The notes: a model not told the origin generated them from the sequence alone. A stretch of 64,000 nt of DNA from an uncultured virus (IMG/VR IMGVR_UViG_3300025736_000017) (IMGVR_UViG_3300025736_000017), one strand, 5' to 3'. Numbered from the stretch's first letter, positions 38,284 to 47,175 are shown. A program made the numbers and translations.

Positions 38284-39120
38284 TTATCCGTGAGTGTCTG
38301 CCCACTCCTCTTCTGCCATTTTAGAAGCTACTCGTATAATGGTTTCTAAATCGCAATCATACAATCCTGATGTACTAAAGCCATTTAATTCAAGCAGAAA
38401 CAGTTCGCCATTGCTCTCACAAACGTCTAAAGTATAGATTGGGTCAGGTTCCCATTCAACCTTATCTACGATGCTCTGAGCGTACAGTGCGGCTTCACAG
38501 TCTATCTCTACTAACTCTGGTTCTACATCTTTTCCTAATCTATATTGACTACCTGTTATTACCTTTTTTTTAGCAACAACAAATCGCCATTCTTTTGTTA
38601 AAACTTTAGGAGTTGTTACAACTGTCATAAGTTCAGGGTTCTCATGATAGAAACCAAATCCTAATGCATTTTTATCCATTTCATCAAAAGGAACTACAGA
38701 ACCAGCAAACTCTTTGAATCCGCTACTTGGTCGAACAAAAACACAATTATCAATACCCATTTTTTCATATATGAATTCTTTTTGTCTTAATAGCTCTACG
38801 GCTGGCAACATAATATAATCTTGGTTTAACAAAAATTTGCCAAAATAAGCATAATATTTTGAACATTCAAAATTCTTTAATGTACACCATCCACAAGGAA
38901 TCCAAGATTTCTCTCTAAGAAGATGTCTCATCAGACCGAGACTTCCATAAAATAAAACACAACCGTTATTTTCAGCGTCTTTAGGATTTTTGTATATCCC
39001 ATTTCCAAGTGGAGCATATTTAACTAATTCAAACGGAATATCTTGTCGTTTCAATTCAGCTTTCAATGCATCGATGTTATGCTCAAATACTTCGTTTTCT
39101 ATAAGCCATGTTACTTTCAT
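38284..39120 (-). CDS. ATP-grasp domain protein (DUF4343/R2K-like)
   Basis: FVRPSSGFKEFAG, EWRFVV, YTLDV, LLELNGFSTSGLY. Confidence 0.8.
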   Translation of the reverse strand: MKVTWLIENEVFEHNIDALKAELKRQDIPFELVKYAPLGNGIYKNPKDAENNGCVLFYGSLGLMRHLLREKSWIPCGWCTLKNFECSKYYAYFGKFLLNQDYIMLPAVELLRQKEFIYEKMGIDNCVFVRPSSGFKEFAGSVVPFDEMDKNALGFGFYHENPELMTVVTTPKVLTKEWRFVVAKKKVITGSQYRLGKDVEPELVEIDCEAALYAQSIVDKVEWEPDPIYTLDVCESNGELFLLELNGFSTSGLYDCDLETIIRVASKMAEEEWADTHG

Positions 39121-39133
39121 TTTATTTTTGTTT

Positions 39134-39658
39134 TTATTTATATATTAAAACACATTCCGTTCTTAAAACCCAACTTCTGTCGCCTGTGAGTTCATGAAAA
39201 ACTTTACCTTTATCTCCAATTTCATGACGATCCCAATCGACTAAAAACCCTGCTTTGCCTCGATGCATAGTACAAATATCGTCATCTGGTATTATTCCTA
39301 TCTCTACAATGTCTGCTGTATAGCCAGAAATATTAACGTGACTGTCTACTCTAATATTGTCTGTTCCTGCCAATAGTCTTAATGTAACATCCCCATTTTT
39401 TTCTATTGCCTTTTCCTCATATTTTGCTACAATTTTGCGATAAAACTCCATCTTGCAACAGTCAAACGTTCCGATGATATCTTGCAAAGTAGCATATCTA
39501 ACGCCAATAGAATCTGCAAGTTTTAATGCTAAAGTATACATGATGTAGTTATGATGTCCTTTTATAAGCTGTTGATCATCCGAACTTGTTAATTCGCCTA
39601 TTAAAGCATCGACAAGATCATCATATTTTTTCCTGTCTTCTTGCGTAATGTATGGCAT
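39134..39658 (-). CDS. Hypothetical protein (MPYI...E.YR...YE..AI.KNGDV family)
   Basis: Conserved-looking phage N-terminal domain plus extension. Confidence 0.65.
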   Translation of the reverse strand: MPYITQEDRKKYDDLVDALIGELTSSDDQQLIKGHHNYIMYTLALKLADSIGVRYATLQDIIGTFDCCKMEFYRKIVAKYEEKAIEKNGDVTLRLLAGTDNIRVDSHVNISGYTADIVEIGIIPDDDICTMHRGKAGFLVDWDRHEIGDKGKVFHELTGDRSWVLRTECVLIYK

Positions 39659-39669
39659 TTTTTCTCCGA

Positions 39670-40206
39670 TTAAACTTTTTTGAACTTTTCTTCAAGTAAT
39701 AGATCAAGAAATTCTTTGATTATTCTATATGGTTTACTTCGTACAGTCATATTGTATTTAGGAACCGCAACATCTTTAATCCATCCTCTAAGGTCAGTTC
39801 CTTGCTCTGCTGATCTTGCATAAATATCGCAAACCATCTCAGCTATGTAAATACGAGGCATGTCTGCGATACCACCCCAATACTCTGGATGATGCATGTT
39901 TGTACAATAATGTTGATCCAATGCCTTCTTAAGCAATTCGTTATCTTCTTCTCTTACCAGATGATTCCATTCTATTCCATGAAATTTAGACTTATCATGA
40001 CTCAAACTGTTAGCAATAAGAATGATAGCAATCTCTGGTTCTCCAGCATCTATCAAACGTTTGCCCATAAGTTGAGCAGCATCTTGTACCAACTTTATAT
40101 GCCTGATTAAAGCATCAAGATGTTTTCTTCGATTATCGTCTAGTGTGTTAATAGCATCAGCATCAGCATCAGCATCAGCATCACTGTTCTTGGGTTTTGT
40201 TGACAT
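39670..40206 (-). CDS. HD-like hydrolase (DUF5662-like)
   Basis: HDKSKF, HYCTNMHHPEYW, EMVCD. Confidence 0.75.
   Translation of the reverse strand: MSTKPKNSDADADADADAINTLDDNRRKHLDALIRHIKLVQDAAQLMGKRLIDAGEPEIAIILIANSLSHDKSKFHGIEWNHLVREEDNELLKKALDQHYCTNMHHPEYWGGIADMPRIYIAEMVCDIYARSAEQGTDLRGWIKDVAVPKYNMTVRSKPYRIIKEFLDLLLEEKFKKV
40153..40182. repeat. (AGCATC)5 microsatellite encoding Asp-Ala repeats
   Basis: Direct reading. Confidence 0.9.
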
Positions 40207-40287
40207 TATTCTCTCTCTCTCTATTTAGTGTTTATTTTTGTTGCGGATTTTTAACTGAATCTATTATATCGTAAATTAAACCACAAT

Positions 40288-41226
40288 TTAAATATTATTC
40301 CATCTATTTTTGTCTGTTTTGCTAAGAGGAAATTTTAATCTTTCCTCTATGATGAATGGAACAGAACGTATAACTTTAATTGATACTTTAGTTATACCAA
40401 ACTGCTCTCCTCTTGATGTGTTAGAATCAACGTCTATGTCAGACAGATATTTTGCACACTTTCTACGTTTATTTGCTTGATATATGTCTTCTGCTTCTGT
40501 CACCGTTTCTATCGCCTCAACCATTCTCTCTGTCATTTCAAAACCAGTATCCTTTTGACTGACATGACACTTGTTAGCTTGATGTTTAATCTCTGCGATT
40601 GAAGGGTCTGTGAACATAACAATGAAGTTTTTGTCAGAAGGAGGAAGAATAGGAACATGATTGGTAGGGTATTCAGCAATAAAAGTAGGCTTTTTGTCAC
40701 GAGAATTACGTTTGTGTCTATCTGTTATCCAACATGATAAAGCTCTCATTGTCATATTCCTACTGTTAAAATTTATTGCTTGTGCAGTATCACTGATATG
40801 AGGAAGAAGAATAAAAGATGGTTTTTCATATTCCATAAACCAATGAAGTTTTTGCATATCAGAATTATCAATAGTCTCTTTATTATATGTTTTGTCGGCT
40901 CTAAAATTTACTAGTTGTTCTTTTTCATATCCAATCATTTTCGCCCATGAAACAGCTTCATTCCATCTCTGTTGTATCTTTTTATTTTTAGAGATATTTG
41001 TCTCAACTCCATGATGACCAGGAGACATAATGACTATTTTTACATCATTTATTTTATTGAGAAAATGTAAAGATGATCCAAAATATCTACCATCATCACT
41101 ATGCGGTAAAATAACAATAATTTTATGATTTCTAGGTAAATCTTTTTCAGTAATAATGTGAGGAATCGGGGCAGGAACAACATACCTCTGAACAGTTCTA
41201 AATTGATATTCTTTAGATTCTGCCAT
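40288..41226 (-). CDS. PIG-L/LmbE-family deacetylase
   Basis: VILPHSDD, RWNEA, CHVSQ. Confidence 0.7.
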   Translation of the reverse strand: MAESKEYQFRTVQRYVVPAPIPHIITEKDLPRNHKIIVILPHSDDGRYFGSSLHFLNKINDVKIVIMSPGHHGVETNISKNKKIQQRWNEAVSWAKMIGYEKEQLVNFRADKTYNKETIDNSDMQKLHWFMEYEKPSFILLPHISDTAQAINFNSRNMTMRALSCWITDRHKRNSRDKKPTFIAEYPTNHVPILPPSDKNFIVMFTDPSIAEIKHQANKCHVSQKDTGFEMTERMVEAIETVTEAEDIYQANKRRKCAKYLSDIDVDSNTSRGEQFGITKVSIKVIRSVPFIIEERLKFPLSKTDKNRWNNI

Positions 41227-41270
41227 CTATTTCCCCTCCAATATAAGTCATTTCAAATAGAATAAACAAC

Positions 41271-41344
41271 TACTCCTGATAGGGATCGAACCTACATAAA
41301 ATTCGCTTCGTAGGCGAACACCTGTCCATTTAGGTTACAGGAGC
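41271..41344 (-). tRNA. tRNA-Arg(ACG)
   Basis: TTCGC-CTACGAA-GCGAA; GTTCGATCC T-arm. Confidence 0.9.
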
Positions 41345-41345
41345 A

Positions 41346-41579
41346 TTAATAAACATTTAAATGAACCTTTCTCAAAAGCTCATTAAAACAAACACAACCA
41401 ATCCAAAGTTGAAAACCGATTAAAGCAAACCATCCCAAACTTAAAGAAATCCAAAGATAAACTAAATTATCACTTCTTGTCCACTCTAATTTTAGTATAA
41501 CATGAATGAAAGTTTTTATTGAACAAAAACCTATCAAACCGCTAAACAGGTACAACAACAATGGAATTAAAAAACTCAT
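41346..41579 (-). CDS. Small membrane protein
   Basis: Two hydrophobic segments. Confidence 0.55.
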   Translation of the reverse strand: MSFLIPLLLYLFSGLIGFCSIKTFIHVILKLEWTRSDNLVYLWISLSLGWFALIGFQLWIGCVCFNELLRKVHLNVY

Positions 41580-41586
41580 ATCTACC

Positions 41587-42108
41587 TCATGTCTTTTTTA
41601 TAGTATTACTCATCATCAGGCCAATAGCTTCACGTAAATCTATTTTCATTAAACCTTTGTAATACGAGTAAACATCAAATTCGAAATCTTTATTTTCTGT
41701 ACTTTGAGTGGCTTCTTCTTCTATAACATTATAAGAAACTAAACCTTTGTCTCCAAACAGATCGAGCACTTCACCGTTTTCAACCTTCTCGATAAATTCA
41801 TCTTCATCAAATTCATCAGAACCATGAACGACTACATGAAACGCAATCTTGTCATCAGTATATTCTGGATATTCTGACAAGTCAAAGAAAAATCTTCCAT
41901 CGCTACTATTATCATAGTATATATAACTACACAACATGTCAAATTTGTCGTAATTTTTGCCATTAAATGTGAGAAATAGTTCGTTAATTAAAACTTTATA
42001 TAATAGATTTATTTCAAAATTATCTAAAGGAACCACAATCGAAAATTCTTGACCTTCAGTAAACTTATCGCAGAACTCTTCAGCCGACATTCTTATACGT
42101 GTAAACAT
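41587..42108 (-). CDS. Acidic hypothetical protein
   Basis: GGAG RBS; class B promoter upstream. Confidence 0.7.
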   Translation of the reverse strand: MFTRIRMSAEEFCDKFTEGQEFSIVVPLDNFEINLLYKVLINELFLTFNGKNYDKFDMLCSYIYYDNSSDGRFFFDLSEYPEYTDDKIAFHVVVHGSDEFDEDEFIEKVENGEVLDLFGDKGLVSYNVIEEEATQSTENKDFEFDVYSYYKGLMKIDLREAIGLMMSNTIKKT

Positions 42109-42160
42109 TGTTTCTCTCCAATTATATTTTCGACATCATCAAGTTAAAACCTTTAAAAAT

Positions 42161-42781
42161 CTAAGTCAAAAACTCGTTCCAAGTATATTCGTTCTCCTCA
42201 AATCTTTTCTTGATTTTCAACAATGTTCTTTTAATAGTCTGAGATATCTTAGTCTCGTGACAATCTAACAAAACGCCTATCTTTTTCATCGTAATGTTCT
42301 CTCGATAATACAACAAAATGATTTTTCTTTCTTCTTTTGATAAACGTTTTGTTACTTCTTTCCAGAAGTCCTGTCGTTCCATCTCGCCTACTTCGTCTTT
42401 AGAATGTCTTACTAAATCAAAAATAGACCAATCTATATCTTTATCACCAATATCAGCTTCTAACTTTTCTTTCTTTTTTTTGACAGCATGAGTTCTATCA
42501 ATTAACCTTCTATCTCTAAGATCATCTATCGTTCTCATTAGTCCAATATTATATATGAAACCAATGTTATCAGCTATGTTAGTCTTTTCAGAACGATCAA
42601 ATATAGAATTCGCAACCGCTAAACCCACAAAAGAACTTGCTTCTATCTCATCAGCAGGAACGAGAGGCAACCTTCTTGCCAAATTAGCTATAATGAGTTC
42701 ACTTATTTTAAGCCAATCTATTTCAGATTGAGAGGTTTTCATTATGTCTCCATCTCGAATCAATTCTAACATTTTTATCAC
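42161..42781 (-). CDS. Sigma-70 family factor, FliA/WhiG-like
   Basis: RTIDDLRDR (region 2); LSKEERKIILLYYRENITMKKIG..CHETKISQ (region 4). Confidence 0.8.
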   Translation of the reverse strand: MIKMLELIRDGDIMKTSQSEIDWLKISELIIANLARRLPLVPADEIEASSFVGLAVANSIFDRSEKTNIADNIGFIYNIGLMRTIDDLRDRRLIDRTHAVKKKKEKLEADIGDKDIDWSIFDLVRHSKDEVGEMERQDFWKEVTKRLSKEERKIILLYYRENITMKKIGVLLDCHETKISQTIKRTLLKIKKRFEENEYTWNEFLT

Positions 42782-43295
42782 TCACTCCCTGTAATTTACA
42801 TAATTGCTTTCTAGCTTTATATAAATATCTCTGTACAGCAGAATTGCAAACATGCATCTCCTTACCTATATCCGTCATAGTTTGCTTCTCAACAAATTTC
42901 ATATAAAGAATTTTAGTATCACGTTCATCTAATCCATCTGTCAACTCAAACCAAAATTTATCAAAATTCATCTTAGATTCAGTTAAATCGTCTAACAGAA
43001 ATTCATCTTCACCCTCAGAAAGATTAAGTATCTTAGGCTTGTTAATGATTGATTTATGCCAAAGCCATCTTTCTTCTCTTAGTATATCAATAGTCTTGAA
43101 GTAACCTTTAAGCGAGACATATTTTTCCTTTGAAGCTTTACATTTATCAGCATCAAATTTCAAAAACGCTTTCCATGCACCCTCATGAGCAGCGCTCCTA
43201 ATAACATCCTCTTCTAAAAAAGGATACCTGTTGAGCATCTTCCCAACAATGTTATTAACAACTCTTGCCCAATCTATTTTTTCGCTTTCTACCAT
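42723..43295 (-). CDS. Second sigma-70 family factor
   Basis: EGAWKAFLKFD, TIDILR, LDERDTKILYMKFVEKQTMTDIG..SAVQR; start 43295 just after a class A promoter. Confidence 0.75.
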   Translation of the reverse strand: MVESEKIDWARVVNNIVGKMLNRYPFLEEDVIRSAAHEGAWKAFLKFDADKCKASKEKYVSLKGYFKTIDILREERWLWHKSIINKPKILNLSEGEDEFLLDDLTESKMNFDKFWFELTDGLDERDTKILYMKFVEKQTMTDIGKEMHVCNSAVQRYLYKARKQLCKLQGVSDKNVRIDSRWRHNENLSI

Positions 43296-43402
43296 AGTCA
43301 ACATTATAACATAATTAATATCACAAATAGACAACCAAAAATTAAAGGAATTTCGCAAAAAGACAATAATATAACTATGACTAACAAAAAGGAACTAATA
43401 AA

Positions 43403-43765
43403 ATGAAGAATATCCTACTTTTACTGTTAAAGACGCAAGACCAAACAAGAATACTTCACTGGCAAACAAAAAGCTATGCCCAACACATCGCCTTCGGGAA
43501 CTTCTATGATGCCCTCACACCCCTAATCGACCTTCTAGTAGAATGCTATCAAGGTAAATATGATAGAATTTATCTAGATGATGAAAACACAATTGAACTA
43601 AAAGATGTTTCAGATAATCCAGAAAACATATTCTCCGAACTAGCAGATGCTCTTGCAAATGATTTTGCAGATATCATAGATGAAAAAGATACTGATCTTC
43701 TAAACATTAGAGATGAAATAATCGCAGAAATTAACAAACTAGAATATCTGCTGACGCTTAAATAA
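43403..43765 (+). CDS. Ferritin/Dps-like protein (DUF5856-like)
   Basis: ILHWQTKSYAQHIAFG.FYD, DLLNIRDEI...YLLTL. Confidence 0.8.
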   Translation: MKNILLLLLKTQDQTRILHWQTKSYAQHIAFGNFYDALTPLIDLLVECYQGKYDRIYLDDENTIELKDVSDNPENIFSELADALANDFADIIDEKDTDLLNIRDEIIAEINKLEYLLTLK

Positions 43766-43972
43766 AGAGTTTGAAGAACCAGACGAAAAACATCGACAAC
43801 GATCTCGCAAACTGCTCAAACAGCTTCCAGAATAAAGTCCCGTACTAATTGAATGAGTAATAATGACAGTAAAATTACGATACGTATTAGAAGAATTCCA
43901 TCTGTACAATTTAAAACTTCTTTGTTTGCACAAATCACCGCCACTAGGTCTTAGTCTCATTATCATTTTCAT
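43739..43972 (-). CDS. MKMIMR-family small Ser/Cys-rich peptide
   Basis: Start at 43972 after GAGG. Confidence 0.5.
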   Translation of the reverse strand: MKMIMRLRPSGGDLCKQRSFKLYRWNSSNTYRNFTVIITHSISTGLYSGSCLSSLRDRCRCFSSGSSNSLFKRQQIF

Positions 43973-43973
43973 A

Positions 43974-44183
43974 TTAGCCTCGACTACCATCAAAGCAGCT
44001 TAAAGATATATCGCTACTAAAGCAAAAAGAGTAGTCGTAGCCTATATATCTGTCGAGATCAAAAGTGTTAATGGAATATTTTAATGGTGGAACAAAAACG
44101 CCGTTAATCATACTCACACCCAATTGATAAGACATCTTTTCATCATTCTTCCACGTTATTGGTCTTCTCATTATCATTTTCAT
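43974..44183 (-). CDS. MKMIMR-family small peptide
   Basis: Start at 44183, immediately after a tRNA 3' end. Confidence 0.5.
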   Translation of the reverse strand: MKMIMRRPITWKNDEKMSYQLGVSMINGVFVPPLKYSINTFDLDRYIGYDYSFCFSSDISLSCFDGSRG

Positions 44184-44184
44184 A

Positions 44185-44259
44185 TGGGACTTCAAGGATT
44201 CAAACCTTGGATCTCGCAAGTTATGAGCTTGGTGCTTTTGATCGCTAAGCTAAAGTCCC
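44185..44259 (-). tRNA. tRNA(CAT), elongator Met or Ile2
   Basis: GGGACTT/AAGTCCC, A73; CAAG-CTCATAA-CTTG. Confidence 0.85.
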
Positions 44260-44265
44260 GACAGA

Positions 44266-44736
44266 CTAAAAACATAGAGTTCCTCTATGCATAATACACT
44301 TTGCAAATCTGTTTATTAATATTTCTGGAGATAATGTTTCATTTTTAATTTTTTTATATTCTTCATCGGATATTTTTATTTTAAAAATGTGATTAGAATC
44401 ACAACAACCTCTATAACCTTGATAGTCCATCGCATCCGCTCGTCGTTCACTTTCATCTATCGATATTCCTGCAATTTCATACCATTGTTTTTTATCGCCT
44501 GTTTTTTCATCATAACTGCATTTACTATTAACACTCCACAAAGTCCAATCCAGAGGTTTACCATATATTTTATCATACTTGGGAAGATCAGAAGATTCCA
44601 CAAACTGTAAAAAACATTTCTTTGCAAACTTTACAACTTCCTTATGATGCGTTGGACAAAATAAAACAGTAATAAACCCGACTATACAGCCCATTACTAA
44701 GAGAAAACCTATAGCTATCAAAATCTGTATTATCAT
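44266..44736 (-). CDS. Membrane-anchored hypothetical protein
   Basis: N-terminal TM helix. Confidence 0.6.
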   Translation of the reverse strand: MIIQILIAIGFLLVMGCIVGFITVLFCPTHHKEVVKFAKKCFLQFVESSDLPKYDKIYGKPLDWTLWSVNSKCSYDEKTGDKKQWYEIAGISIDESERRADAMDYQGYRGCCDSNHIFKIKISDEEYKKIKNETLSPEILINRFAKCIMHRGTLCF

Positions 44737-44740
44737 TTCT

Positions 44741-45073
44741 TCATCCTTTTTTAGAATTAAATCTCAATTTACAATTTTCGCATCTATCTAACAGATCATT
44801 TAAAGCATCATCAACATTAACCTTAAAATTAGTCAAATCATATTTTGATAGATCAGGTTGCTTATAAGGAGACTTATGATTATATCCTCTACGCAACATT
44901 TCTTCTGCCAAAATATCATGTCGCTGTTGCATGCTCTCAGGCTCTATCTGTCCTCTTCTACCTTCAATTCTGTGACCTTTGACAAAGTTATGTCTGTGTT
45001 TATGGATCTCTCCATGTTCTCCAAGGAGATGAGACTTGCATAGTATAATAGGATCAACCATCCACATTCTCAT
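44741..45073 (-). CDS. Pyrimidine-dimer DNA glycosylase / endonuclease V-like
   Basis: MRMWMVDP..LCKSHLLGEHGEIH, EMLRRGYNHKSP. Confidence 0.8.
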   Translation of the reverse strand: MRMWMVDPIILCKSHLLGEHGEIHKHRHNFVKGHRIEGRRGQIEPESMQQRHDILAEEMLRRGYNHKSPYKQPDLSKYDLTNFKVNVDDALNDLLDRCENCKLRFNSKKG

Positions 45074-45086
45074 TTCATCTCCTTTT

Positions 45087-45272
45087 TTAGAATCCACTTC
45101 GATGAATATCCTTAACTTCTCCTGTAGTTAAAGCCATTCCAAGGGACTGTGAGACCTTATGTGCAACATCCTTTAAATCAGATCGATCATAAGCTACGTT
45201 ATCTAATTCATCATCAATGCATCTTTTTACCTTCTCTTGAAGACATCTAAGTTCTTGTGGAGATAAACTCAT
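45087..45272 (-). CDS. Small hypothetical protein
   Basis: AAGGA RBS, 61 aa. Confidence 0.55.
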   Translation of the reverse strand: MSLSPQELRCLQEKVKRCIDDELDNVAYDRSDLKDVAHKVSQSLGMALTTGEVKDIHRSGF

Positions 45273-45310
45273 ATTAATTCCTTTCTATAAACAAGTTACA
45301 TATCGTCATA

Positions 45311-45386
45311 TCGGAGCGGTCAGATTCGAACTGACGATCTCTCGACCCCAAATCGAGCGGATTTAACCAAACTTTCCCACGCTCCG
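45311..45386 (-). tRNA. tRNA-Pro(TGG)
   Basis: CGGAGCG/CGCTCCG, A73; CTCGA-TTTGGGG-TCGAG. Confidence 0.9.
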
Positions 45387-45460
45387 TGGTCGAAACGGCA
45401 GGAGTTGAACCTGCGACCTTTACCCCCGGCGGGTAATGCTCTACACTGAGCTACGTTTCG
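45387..45460 (-). tRNA. Atypical tRNA: Pro-type acceptor, anticodon loop CGCCGGG
   Basis: CGAAACG/CGTTTCG-ACCA; TTACC-CGCCGGG-GGTAA; GCAGG-TTCAACT-CCTGC. Confidence 0.75.
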
Positions 45461-45467
45461 TTTTAAA

Positions 45468-45764
45468 CTATTCATCTTTTCGTATTTTATCTCTCAACAT
45501 TTTAAATTCTTCAAAGTCTTTACATTTTTTTATAACTAAAATTTTTATTGATTTTATCGGAAACGCGATTTCTTTATTACGTTCTAAATCGCTAATTTTA
45601 GAATCTTTGCTAATAGTCATAGATAATAATTTTTGATCAAAAAATCCATCTGATATTTTTTTAAGAACTTCATCGGGATTGTCTCCCCATTGGTTAAAAT
45701 AAGTATTTTTCTTGGTTTTTGTATTTTGAATTACTACTAACCATAATGGTTGATCTTTTTTCAT
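45468..45764 (-). CDS. Hypothetical protein
   Basis: 98-aa ORF, TAATG coupling. Confidence 0.55.
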   Translation of the reverse strand: MKKDQPLWLVVIQNTKTKKNTYFNQWGDNPDEVLKKISDGFFDQKLLSMTISKDSKISDLERNKEIAFPIKSIKILVIKKCKDFEEFKMLRDKIRKDE

Positions 45765-46000
45765 TAATCTTTTCCTAACATAAAGAAATCAAACTTCTCA
45801 TTAACATCTTTAATTTCCATTGCTGCCTTTATTTTATCAACTTTTACAATCTGATAATCAGTGAACCATTCATTTTGCCATTCTTCGCTATTCGTCATCC
45901 ATAGACATCTAATACCATCATAGTCATCTATTTTTGCGACCAACATCAATGGACCACCAAGTTTAAATCTGACTATATCATCTATTTCAAAATCATCCAT
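45764..46000 (-). CDS. YodC/DUF2158-like protein
   Basis: FEIDDIVRFKLGGPLMLV...CLW. Confidence 0.7.
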   Translation of the reverse strand: MDDFEIDDIVRFKLGGPLMLVAKIDDYDGIRCLWMTNSEEWQNEWFTDYQIVKVDKIKAAMEIKDVNEKFDFFMLGKD

Positions 46001-46017
46001 ATTAATCTTTTCCTAAA

Positions 46018-46089
46018 TAGATCTACGAGGACTTGAACTTCGCTCTTTCGGGTAAGAACCGAATGCTTCGCCATAAAAGCTTTAGATCC
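46018..46089 (-). tRNA. tRNA-Lys(CTT)
   Basis: TTCGG-TTCTTAC-CCGAA. Confidence 0.85.
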
Positions 46090-46095
46090 ATAAAA

Positions 46096-46182
46096 TACGC
46101 CGGGCAGGATTCGAACCTACGATGGTGCTTTCGCATCTCTACATTAAAAGTGTAGTACCTTCAACCGCTCGGTCACCGACGC
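46096..46182 (-). tRNA. tRNA-Lys(TTT) with long variable arm
   Basis: CTACA-CTTTTAA-TGTAG followed by a TGC-GAAA-GCA V-arm; 87 nt. Confidence 0.85.
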
Positions 46183-46188
46183 TTATAT

Positions 46189-46695
46189 CTATTTTCTTTT
46201 CAAAAACCATATTACTGGATGTTCTACCATTCCAAGCGAATCATTTACAGTTTGTAACATATGATTCATTGTCATCCTTGATCTATTAATGACAGTTTTT
46301 TTTGAGCTATCATTAACCAATGTATATGTTCTAGGAGTTCTACTGGTACAAAGAGTATAATGTCCTCTTCCTGGTTTACAGAAATACCTTATCAACAATG
46401 AACCGCCTTTATCTAAATGAAGATTTATTTCTTCAAATAAATTACCATTTGCAAAAGTAACTCGATCATATTTTTTATATACATTTATAGATTCATATTG
46501 AGATAAGGCATAGTCTATATCATATGGAAAGCATCCACCAAAGCCTCTTCCATGATGCAATTGACAATTAGTTAATTGTCGCATCTTTTTTTTATGCGTT
46601 TTTTCTGTAACTCTAAGTCCAGCCCATTTTAACGCATTCATAACTGCTATTGGTCCGCAAGAGGTTTCGTCTCTTTGTTTTAAATATCTAATCAT
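46189..46695 (-). CDS. C39-like cysteine peptidase
   Basis: QRDETSCGPIAVMNAL, GHY, VND. Confidence 0.75.
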   Translation of the reverse strand: MIRYLKQRDETSCGPIAVMNALKWAGLRVTEKTHKKKMRQLTNCQLHHGRGFGGCFPYDIDYALSQYESINVYKKYDRVTFANGNLFEEINLHLDKGGSLLIRYFCKPGRGHYTLCTSRTPRTYTLVNDSSKKTVINRSRMTMNHMLQTVNDSLGMVEHPVIWFLKRK

Positions 46696-47062
46696 TCTTT
46701 ATCCTTTAAACGGATGGACAAAACCCAACTTATGAAAGCCATTAGCTCTGGCAGAAGCTGAGCCTGTCCTTACCGCTATATGATTATTTGAAACAACCCT
46801 ATTCATTTTTTAAATTTTACCAATACTCTCTATCAGAGCATTATAGCCTATGAACAAACACATTTAGCAAGAAAAATCTTTTAAACTGGGGAAAATGCGA
46901 CAAAGAGATTCAAGCCAAATAAACGTATTATTGTATACGTTTAGGCTTGTTGATAGGTGGTTTGGGGCGCACAACATCTGCTTGACTGATCGTTGAGCAA
47001 GATGTAATGTAATTAATCATTTTTTTATCCGTTTTTAATCTAAACACCATTTATGGTGTTAA

Positions 47063-47134
47063 TAGCGGGAATCAGAGTTGAACTGATCTCGCCAAGCTTA
47101 TGAGGCTTAGTAGCCCACCAGGGCTGCTCCCGCG
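47063..47134 (-). tRNA. tRNA-Met(CAT), initiator-like
   Basis: C1:U72 mismatch in CGCGGGA/TCCCGCT, A73; AAGC-CTCATAA-GCTT. Confidence 0.8.
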
Positions 47135-47175
47135 ATGTTCTATGTATATTATATCGTCAAGTAAGACACATTCCT

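Noticed and set aside
40153..40222. DA-repeat and (CT)n runs as phase-variation switches
   Set aside because: The hexamer repeat preserves frame; no evidence of variability from one sequence
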